Shown: one piece after another, positions 24,151 to 31,380 of the stretch
Numbering within the stretch: position 1 is the first letter of the stretch
Layout: each line of letters starts with the position of its first letter
From: an uncultured Pseudomonadales bacterium
Lineage (GTDB): Bacteria; Patescibacteriota; Microgenomatia; UBA1400; MFAQ01
Direction: 5' to 3'
DNA: 48,519 nt
Assembly (NCBI GenBank): GCA_964638575.1
Contig: CAZWYN010000001.1
Coordinates: 1 to 48,519, forward strand
Program-made: the position numbers and the translations under genes
Notes under the pieces: generated by a model
Database searches by the model: none
Told to the model about the DNA's origin: nothing
What the model saw: only the letters and a program-made list of their open reading frames with translations

Positions 24151-26325
24151 ATGACTCATCCTCAAACCACCATTGTTCTCAATGGTAAAACTATTACAAT
24201 CGAGACCGGCCGCTTTGGCGCCCAAGCCTCAGGTTCTGTTACCGTCAGATGTGGCGATACTGTCGTTATAGCCTCATGTGTAGCGACCAACAAAGTCAAA
24301 GAAGGAATTGATTATTTTCCTCTTTCCATCGATTACCAAGAAAAGTTCTACGCAGGAGGAGTAATTAGCTCTAGTCGTTTCATTAAGCGTGAGGGCAGAC
24401 CATCCGAAGGAGAAATCCTCACCGGTCGTGTCATCGATCGTTCCATTAGACCTCTTTTTGATCAGGCTTCCCGAAATGAAGTTCAGCTTCTTGCCTCTCC
24501 TCTCTCCATAGATGGAGTTGAAGAACCTGAAATCCTGGCCATTATCGCCGCCTCGGCCGCTATCTCTATGTCCGACTATCCTTGGGCAGGTCCTATTGGT
24601 GCGGTTCGTGTCGGTATGACTCCTGAAGGCGAGTATATTGTCAACCCTACCAACGAACAAAAAATAACCTCCCCCTTAGACTTAGTAGTCTCTGGTCCAA
24701 AAGGCGGTATCTGTATGGTTGAAGCCGGTGCCAACGAGGTTAGTGAAGAAAAAATGACCGGTGCCTTATCTTTTGCCCAAGAATTTGTCGATACGGTAGC
24801 CGAAGGCATTGATAAATTTGCCAAAGCTAATGGTAAACCCAAGCGTGTTATCCCCACCACTGAAATCGACCCCGAAATTCAAAAATTTGTTAAAGACGAA
24901 ATAGGTGACCTTGCCGAACTTCTCAAAAACGAGGCTACCAAGACCGGCACTCAAGCAAGAGAAATTGTTACTGCCATCTGCGAAAAACACCCCGAATCTA
25001 ACCCCAGCCACATCGCCGAAACCGCCGACAATATGCTCCGTAAACTGGCCAGAAAAAACATTCTCGAGACAAAAGTTCGTCCCGATGGTCGAGGTACCGA
25101 AGATATTCGCCCAATCAATATTGAAATAGGCCTTCTTCCCCGTACTCACGGTTCTGCTTTCTTCCAGCGCGGACTAACTCACGTTCTTTCGGTGGTCACC
25201 CTCGCTTCTCCCGCTAGAGAACAACTAATCGATGGTATGAAAGGTGAGTCCACCAAACGCTACATGCATCACTACAACATGCCCGGCTATGCCGCCGGAG
25301 AAGTTGGTCGTCCTGGCACTGGTCGTCGTGAAATTGGACACGGCGCTTTGGCCGAAAGAGCCCTCATTCCTGTTCTTCCTGATCAATCCGAGTTCCCTTA
25401 CGCCATTCGCGTTGTTTCCGAAGTCATGTCTAGCAATGGTTCCACTTCCCAGGCTTCCATTTGTGGTTCTACTCTTTCGTTAATGGACGCCGGAGTACCA
25501 ATCAAGAAAGCTGTCGCCGGCACCGCCATGGGTCTAATTACCGAAGGTGACCAGTTTGTCACTCTCACCGATATCTGCGGACTCGAAGATCACCTAGGTG
25601 ACATGGACTTTAAAGTAGCTGGTACCATAGATGGTATCACTGCCCTTCAGATGGATGTTAAAGTCACTGGCATCAAAGCCGAGGTCCTAACTCAGGCAGT
25701 TGAACAGGCCAAAAGAGCCAGACTCCAAATTTTGGAACTTATGACGGCGGCTATTACCTCCCCCCGCTCCAAGATTTCTCAGTACGCTCCTAAGATTGTT
25801 TCTACAAAAGTTCCTGTTGCCAAGATTGGTGACGTTATTGGATCGGGCGGTAAAATCATTCATCAAATTCAAGACGACTTCCTCGTTGAAGTTAACATCG
25901 AAGATGATGGTACGGTTACGGTTACGGGTAACGATCAATCAAAAGTTGACGGTGCCGTCGCCTACATCGACTCTATCGTTGCCGAAGCCGAAGTGGGTAG
26001 AACTTACCAAGGCACCGTAGTCAGAATTGAAGCTTTTGGTGCCTTCGTCAATATACTTCCTGGTAAAGATGGACTAGTTCATATTTCTCAAGTTCAGCCT
26101 GAAGTATTCAAAGCGATGAAAATTGGAGACAAAGTTGATGCTAGATGTTACGAAGTCGACTCCATGGGTCGTGTTAATCTCACCATGCTCAAAGAAGGCG
26201 AAACACCCATAAGAGCTGAGCGTCCGATGGGTGGCGGCGGAGACCGACCAAGATTTGGTGGAGACCGTGGTGGCCAAAGAAGTGGCGGCCGTCCCAATTT
26301 CCGTAACTTTAGAGACAGTCGTTAA
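24151..26325 (+). CDS. pnp: Polyribonucleotide nucleotidyltransferase (PNPase)
   Basis: There are two RNase PH domains (FFQRGLTHVLSV, SSNGSTSQASICGSTLSLMDAGVP, LTDICGLEDHLGDMDFKVAGT), then KH (IGDVIGSGGKIIHQIQ) and S1 (GTVVRIEAFGAFVNILPGKDGLVHISQ) domains, plus a Gly/Arg-rich tail. Confidence 0.97.
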   Translation: MTHPQTTIVLNGKTITIETGRFGAQASGSVTVRCGDTVVIASCVATNKVKEGIDYFPLSIDYQEKFYAGGVISSSRFIKREGRPSEGEILTGRVIDRSIRPLFDQASRNEVQLLASPLSIDGVEEPEILAIIAASAAISMSDYPWAGPIGAVRVGMTPEGEYIVNPTNEQKITSPLDLVVSGPKGGICMVEAGANEVSEEKMTGALSFAQEFVDTVAEGIDKFAKANGKPKRVIPTTEIDPEIQKFVKDEIGDLAELLKNEATKTGTQAREIVTAICEKHPESNPSHIAETADNMLRKLARKNILETKVRPDGRGTEDIRPINIEIGLLPRTHGSAFFQRGLTHVLSVVTLASPAREQLIDGMKGESTKRYMHHYNMPGYAAGEVGRPGTGRREIGHGALAERALIPVLPDQSEFPYAIRVVSEVMSSNGSTSQASICGSTLSLMDAGVPIKKAVAGTAMGLITEGDQFVTLTDICGLEDHLGDMDFKVAGTIDGITALQMDVKVTGIKAEVLTQAVEQAKRARLQILELMTAAITSPRSKISQYAPKIVSTKVPVAKIGDVIGSGGKIIHQIQDDFLVEVNIEDDGTVTVTGNDQSKVDGAVAYIDSIVAEAEVGRTYQGTVVRIEAFGAFVNILPGKDGLVHISQVQPEVFKAMKIGDKVDARCYEVDSMGRVNLTMLKEGETPIRAERPMGGGGDRPRFGGDRGGQRSGGRPNFRNFRDSR

Positions 26326-26351
26326 TGTAGAATCTATCTAGGCCTTAGCTA

Positions 26352-26384
26352 AAAACGCCCCGACTTACATTGGGGCGTTTTATT
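26352..26384 (+). terminator. Rho-independent terminator after pnp
   Basis: AAAACGCCCC-gacttacatt-GGGGCGTTTT is followed by att. The stem is 10 bp and includes the A/U arms. Confidence 0.8.
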
Positions 26385-26411
26385 GACAACAAATACTATA
26401 AGGTGTAAAAT
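26383..26411 (+). promoter_or_regulatory. Near-consensus promoter (-35 TTGACA, 17-nt spacer, -10 TAAAAT preceded by TGt)
   Basis: TTGACA is at 26383-26388 and TAAAAT at 26406-26411. It is followed by a clear AGGAG Shine-Dalgarno 7-11 nt before the ATG at 26477. Confidence 0.6.
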
Positions 26412-26476
26412 CTCCCCCAGTTTGCACGGTGGCCAAACCACCTGCTCGCACATTCAATTTTTTAAAGGAGTAAAAA

Positions 26477-26917
26477 ATGAAAAAAAATCTGCTCGTTATT
26501 CTCGTTGTTCTGATTTTGCTCGGCATAGGTGTAGATTATCTTCTTCTCAAGACCTATCAGAGCACACCACAAACAGTCCTCAGTTTTTCCACTGACTCCG
26601 GTCATAAGATTTTAATCACAGGAACTACCGACACGGTAGATGTGGTTACAGCCAGTGATGATTATTACAGGTTCAAGTCTAGTGGTTATGTTGTCGAGGG
26701 CATGCACATCACCGGAGATTATTTCCAAAATTTCTCCACAATACAAGCTGGCCAATGGATTATCGAGAGCGGAGATACGGTATCCTTTACGGTTTATTCT
26801 CCAGTTCCCATTACTGTCACACTGGTGGCTACTGTAACCTACACTATCCTTGTCATTCTAACCACTCTCCTAGTATTAATGTGGATATTCGAGATGATAT
26901 ACGCCATTCTATTTTAG
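26477..26917 (+). CDS. Small membrane protein, unknown function (N- and C-terminal TM segments, beta-rich middle)
   Basis: MKKNLLVILVVLILLGIGVDYLLL... and ...VTYTILVILTTLLVLMWIFEMIYAILF are the hydrophobic ends. The gene has its own promoter, SD and terminator. Confidence 0.6.
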   Translation: MKKNLLVILVVLILLGIGVDYLLLKTYQSTPQTVLSFSTDSGHKILITGTTDTVDVVTASDDYYRFKSSGYVVEGMHITGDYFQNFSTIQAGQWIIESGDTVSFTVYSPVPITVTLVATVTYTILVILTTLLVLMWIFEMIYAILF

Positions 26918-26942
26918 ATTAACCAGTCTTTTGTTTTACTCT

Positions 26943-26967
26943 ACCGGGTCACTCGACCCGGTTTTTT
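26943..26967 (+). terminator. Rho-independent terminator (ACCGGGTC-actc-GACCCGGT + TTTTT)
   Basis: It has an 8-bp perfect stem, a 4-nt loop and a T5 tract ending 1 nt before the ATG at 26968. Confidence 0.8.
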
Positions 26968-28062
26968 ATGGCAAAAAATCGCGTATATAATGAATCTATG
27001 GACTCTCCTGCCCCAGCGTCAACACAGCCTACTTCTATGCTCGACGATCTTCGTCACAAGATTGAAGGTATCGTAATTCCTCCCGAGCTCAAACAAAATA
27101 CCCTGGAAATGATTGCTCGCCTTGAACGCCTTTCCAGTCAAGGTTTCTTCTCGGAAGAATACGAAAAACTCAGCCATTACATTACCTGGGTCTCCAAAGT
27201 TCCCTGGGCCAACAGAGTCGAGCGGCCTATCGATCTCACGGCTATCAAAGCAACCCTCGATAAAAATCATTACGGTATGGCCGAGGTCAAAGAACGTATT
27301 CTTGAATACATGTCCGTCCTCAAACTTCGCTCCGCCAAAAATCTTGGTGTGGCCAGAGCACCAATTATTTGTCTGGTTGGTCTTGTTGGTACCGGAAAAA
27401 CCACCTTTGCCTACTCGCTTTCCGAAGCTCTTGGTCGACCCATTGCCCGTATTCCCTTTGGGGGTTTAGGTTCAGCCAAAGATCTTCGTGGTGAGTCTCG
27501 TCTTCATCTTGAAGCCGAACCTGGTTACATCGTCAGAGCTCTTTGTGACGCCGGCGTCAAAAACCCCATTATCCTCCTTGATGAAATCGATAGAGTCACC
27601 GAGGAATCCAGAGCCGACATTATGGGCGTCTTGGTCGAAATTCTTGATCCATCTCAAAACAATCGTTATCTCGATCACTTTATTGACTACCCCGTTGATC
27701 TTTCCGAGGTTATGTTTATTGCTACCGCTAACAACACCGGCAATCTAGCCACAGCTGTTATGGATCGTTTGGAACCCATCCAAATGCCTTCATACTCCGA
27801 CGACGAAAAAACCCATATCGCCCAAAACTATCTCTTCCCTAAAGCCTTGGAAGCCGCCGGTATGGATCCTAGCCTCATTACGATAGATCCTGCCCTCTGG
27901 CCCACGATCATCCGCCCTTTAGGTTATGACGCGGGTATCCGCACCCTCAATCGTACCATTGAGGGAATTGTTCGCAAGGCAGCCTTGTTACTTGTCACTG
28001 GTCAGGCTAAATCCTTTGCTCTAAACTCGGAAAACATCAAGTCCTTCCTCCCCAAATGGTAG
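26968..28062 (+). CDS. Lon-type AAA+ ATPase module without N-terminal (LAN) or protease domains
   Basis: HYGMAEVKERILEYMSVLKL, Walker A GLVGTGKTT, PFGGLGSAKDLRGESR, EPGYIVRAL, Walker B ILLDEIDRV, sensor-1 IATANN, MDRLEPIQMPSYSDDEKTHIAQNYLFPK and AGIRTLNRTIEGIVRKAA are collinear with the Lon A ATPase module. The ORF stops where the protease domain would begin. Confidence 0.75.
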   Translation: MAKNRVYNESMDSPAPASTQPTSMLDDLRHKIEGIVIPPELKQNTLEMIARLERLSSQGFFSEEYEKLSHYITWVSKVPWANRVERPIDLTAIKATLDKNHYGMAEVKERILEYMSVLKLRSAKNLGVARAPIICLVGLVGTGKTTFAYSLSEALGRPIARIPFGGLGSAKDLRGESRLHLEAEPGYIVRALCDAGVKNPIILLDEIDRVTEESRADIMGVLVEILDPSQNNRYLDHFIDYPVDLSEVMFIATANNTGNLATAVMDRLEPIQMPSYSDDEKTHIAQNYLFPKALEAAGMDPSLITIDPALWPTIIRPLGYDAGIRTLNRTIEGIVRKAALLLVTGQAKSFALNSENIKSFLPKW

Positions 28063-28063
28063 T

Positions 28064-29434
28064 CTAAGACTTTAAAATCCTTTTCATTTCTTCCTCAATC
28101 GCCAAAGCTCTTCGTTTATTTTTTCCAAAAATAATATATGCCAGTTTCCCCATCGCCAGTAAGTTTGAAGAGGCGATTACCAGTCCTTCACGGGTTTTTC
28201 TTTCAAATAGAATTGGCATCATTAATTTATGCAGTTTATCAAAAGTAAATACTTTTTTACTTGGAATCGAATAATTATTATCTGATAAAACATAAACTTT
28301 TTTCATAAACTCACGTCCGGCCAGTTCCACCGCCGCTTGATAAACGTGAGTCCCTCCAGTGACTCTGACATTTGACTCGTTCACAAAAATCTCTCCACCT
28401 TTACCGGCAATAAAGTCGATATCAAAAAAACCTCGATAACCATCCTCGGCATACTGTTCACCTATAAGATATCCAATATCGGTAATTCTGGAAGCCACCC
28501 GTCTTGGTAGCACCTCCTCTCCAATCTCCACACCTCCAAAAACTCCTTTTTCGTCAACTCGCATACCGCAGTAATACAAAAGTTTCACCTCCCCATCTTT
28601 TTTTATCAAAAACTCCGCATTCGGAAATCCGCCTCCAATTCTCGGATTGGGCTTCACCAAGGACTCGACCACGATCGGAAATTTTTCCCAGTAAGTATCG
28701 CCATTAAATATCTCAACAATCTTTTCTTGACACTCGCGGAATTTTTTTGGCAAGTCTCCTTTCCGAAAAATCAAAACTCCCAAACCGGAATGCCCTTTAT
28801 TTGTCTTGATTACCACTCCGCCCTCTCTTATATATTTATTGGCTGCAATTCTGGCAGAGTCCAACACTCCCGAGCTCACTACCCCGTCAGGCATTTTTAG
28901 ATCCGACCTGATCGCTCCATTTATCTGGGTCAGTTGACGAATTCCCGATTTACAGCCGTAAAAATTCACCGTCCAGGCATCTGCTTCTTCAGGAGCTTCA
29001 GGAGTTCGAACATCAACACCTCTACTGGAAAGCTCGCTTACCAGGTGCAGAAAATAGGGTGAGGTAGAGTAGGAGGTCAGAATTAATCTTTTACAGGTCT
29101 TTCCTAGTTTTACCAATCTATCCATAACTACTTTATCCTTCAAAATATCCTCGCAAATTATGCCGGTCTTCATTTTGGGAATCAACACTTCCATCTCCCG
29201 CATCTTACACACGTCGATAAAATACTTTACGAAATGAGGATCCAATTTTTTGGGGGCAATAAAGGTAAATTCAAACTCCTCAGCCATTGAAAACAAATCT
29301 CGGTCGGCCAGGTTGGCATTTTCCTCAATCTCCGACATCCTGGCTTTTTTGTCACCAATTGTCTGAATAAATGGCCAAACGTCCTCCGACAAGTTGAAGA
29401 CACGAACCACTCTCTCTTTCACCATTTTTTTCAT
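28064..29434 (-). CDS. ATP-grasp domain protein with a large N-terminal pre-ATP-grasp region, substrate unknown
   Basis: VVIKTNKGHSGLGVLIF..., FPIVVESLVKP... and GFFDIDFIAGKGGEIFVNESNVRVTGGTH match the typical ATP-grasp C-terminal Mg/ATP-binding pattern (D.D....g....EiN.R..G). It is convergent with the Lon-like gene, with 1 nt between the stops. Confidence 0.6.
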   Translation of the reverse strand: MKKMVKERVVRVFNLSEDVWPFIQTIGDKKARMSEIEENANLADRDLFSMAEEFEFTFIAPKKLDPHFVKYFIDVCKMREMEVLIPKMKTGIICEDILKDKVVMDRLVKLGKTCKRLILTSYSTSPYFLHLVSELSSRGVDVRTPEAPEEADAWTVNFYGCKSGIRQLTQINGAIRSDLKMPDGVVSSGVLDSARIAANKYIREGGVVIKTNKGHSGLGVLIFRKGDLPKKFRECQEKIVEIFNGDTYWEKFPIVVESLVKPNPRIGGGFPNAEFLIKKDGEVKLLYYCGMRVDEKGVFGGVEIGEEVLPRRVASRITDIGYLIGEQYAEDGYRGFFDIDFIAGKGGEIFVNESNVRVTGGTHVYQAAVELAGREFMKKVYVLSDNNYSIPSKKVFTFDKLHKLMMPILFERKTREGLVIASSNLLAMGKLAYIIFGKNKRRALAIEEEMKRILKS

Positions 29435-29494
29435 CCAAAAAACAGTTTACTCTATTTTCAATTAAGATAAACATCAAAACTAGCCAGCAGGATG

Positions 29495-29503
29495 TGGTAT
29501 AAT
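29495..29503 (+). promoter_or_regulatory. Candidate extended -10 (TGgTATAAT) about 185 nt upstream of rnj
   Basis: TG is at 29495-29496 and TATAAT at 29498-29503. There is no good -35. Confidence 0.35.
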
Positions 29504-29688
29504 AAACCTATATTAAGTTTAGGCTTGACTAAGACAAGTTACCTTTGACCCCGAAAGTTTATTGCAGCTTTGGTTTCCAAACAATTTCCTTAGTAAGTGT
29601 AAAATAAATTAAGTTAAGCTGGCCTTTTGCCGGCGCGTTCAAGCAGTGTATCTGTTTTGATCAGTTTAGTAATTAAATAAATATAAAT

Positions 29689-31347
29689 ATGGATTTTAAA
29701 AAAACTCCTCTAAAAATTATTCCTTTGGGTGGCGTCGGTGACGTTACCAAGAATATGTACGTTTACGAATACGGTAACGAACAAATCGTGATCGACTGTG
29801 GCATGGGCTTTCCTAAAGACGATGCCCTCGGTGTCGATGCTGTTATTCCGGATATCAGTTATCTCGAACATAGCGACAAAAAGCTTCATGGCATTGTCCT
29901 GACTCATGCTCATCAGGACCATGTTGGTGGTTTGCCATACATACTTCCCCGTCTTCACGGCATCGAAGTTTTTGGCAGCAAACTGGCAATCGCTATAGCC
30001 GAGATCAAAGTTCGCGAGTTTGGCATCACCAATAAAATGACCCCAGTTGAAGGCAAGCTAGATCTTGGACCTTTTCATCTGGAATTCATCCACATTACCC
30101 ATTCCGTCCCTAACTGTTTCCATGTTTTGATCAAAACCCCGGCCGGTACTGTTTATCATGGTGCCGACTTTAAATTTGATCTTACTCCCATCGACAATCT
30201 TCCTCCAGACATGGGTGCTATGGCTGTTGCTGGAAACAATGGTGTTGATTTGATGCTTACCGACTGTCTCCGTGTGGAAAAAAATGGCTTCTGCCCTTCA
30301 GAACGCTCTCTTCTTACAGCGATCGATAATGAAGTTAGATCCGCCGAAGGCAAACTCATCTTTACCACCATGTCTTCATCAATCTCTCGCATTCAGATGG
30401 CCATTGATGCCTCAGCTAAATATCATCGTCGTGTTGCCATTGTTGGGCGTAGCGTAGAACAAAATGTTGAAGCCGCTGCCAAAAATGGCTTTATTAAGAT
30501 TCCCAAAGGGATTTTCATTAAAAGCCAACAAGTCAGCAGTCTCCCCGCCAATCAAGTAACCGTGATCGTCTCCGGTTCCCAAGGTCAAGTCGGCTCTGCG
30601 ATGCACAGGCTTGCTAACGATGAACACACTCAGATCAAGCTCAAAAAAGGCGACAAGGTGGTCATTAGCTCCGATGCTATTCCTGGCAACGAAGGTGATA
30701 TTTTTGACTTACTAGATACTCTCTATAAAAAGGGTATTGATGTTAAGTACTCCGGAACCTCCGAGAACCTTCACGTCTCCGGACATGGCTATCGTGGCGA
30801 CATGATTCTTCTTGCGCGTTTGGTAAGGCCCAGAAACATCATCCCTATTGGTGGCAACCTCCGCCACATGATGATTTATAAGGATCTCGCCAAAGAAATG
30901 AATTTTGACCCCGAAAAAGTCTTTGTCCTTTCAGATGGCCAATCAATTCTTCTTGAAAACGGTGTTGTTAAAGAAGGTCCCAAAATCGAAACCAGAAACG
31001 TTTATGTCGATGGTTTAGGTATTGGCGACGTCGGCACTGTTGTTCTACGTGACCGTCAGGTCATGTCTGCCGACGGAGTTCTCCTTGCTATTGTTCCTAT
31101 GCGACGCGATAACTCCCAGGTTTCTGGTGATATTGAAATCATTTCCCGTGGTTTTGTTTACCAAAAAGAATCCCAAGAACTCATTAATGACGCCAGAAAA
31201 CATGTTTACAGTTGTCTCAAAGATCTCAGAGGTCAAGCCACCGACTGGGGGTTCATTAGAAAAAAGATAGAAGGGGAGTTGGAAAAATTTGCTTTCGAAC
31301 ATACTCAGAGACGTCCTCTTGTTATAGCCATACTTTTGGAGGTTTAA
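29689..31347 (+). CDS. rnj: Ribonuclease J (metallo-beta-lactamase / beta-CASP)
   Basis: LKIIPLGGVGDVTKNMYVYEY, VLTHAHQDHVGGLPY and HVSGHG are present, and the 552-aa length fits. These are typical RNase J motifs. Confidence 0.92.
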   Translation: MDFKKTPLKIIPLGGVGDVTKNMYVYEYGNEQIVIDCGMGFPKDDALGVDAVIPDISYLEHSDKKLHGIVLTHAHQDHVGGLPYILPRLHGIEVFGSKLAIAIAEIKVREFGITNKMTPVEGKLDLGPFHLEFIHITHSVPNCFHVLIKTPAGTVYHGADFKFDLTPIDNLPPDMGAMAVAGNNGVDLMLTDCLRVEKNGFCPSERSLLTAIDNEVRSAEGKLIFTTMSSSISRIQMAIDASAKYHRRVAIVGRSVEQNVEAAAKNGFIKIPKGIFIKSQQVSSLPANQVTVIVSGSQGQVGSAMHRLANDEHTQIKLKKGDKVVISSDAIPGNEGDIFDLLDTLYKKGIDVKYSGTSENLHVSGHGYRGDMILLARLVRPRNIIPIGGNLRHMMIYKDLAKEMNFDPEKVFVLSDGQSILLENGVVKEGPKIETRNVYVDGLGIGDVGTVVLRDRQVMSADGVLLAIVPMRRDNSQVSGDIEIISRGFVYQKESQELINDARKHVYSCLKDLRGQATDWGFIRKKIEGELEKFAFEHTQRRPLVIAILLEV

Positions 31348-31380
31348 AATTATTTAGCTTAAGCTATACTTAGATTAAAT

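Noticed and set aside
26383-26595. 70-aa ORF overlapping the pnp terminator, the promoter and the start of the small membrane-protein gene.
   Set aside because: It begins inside regulatory elements and is out of frame with the SD-preceded ATG at 26477.
31355-31366. Perfect 12-nt palindrome TAGCTTAAGCTA between rnj and ftsK.
   Set aside because: It is a single short AT-rich palindrome in a 33-nt spacer. It has no loop for a hairpin and no second copy in the window, so it may be chance.
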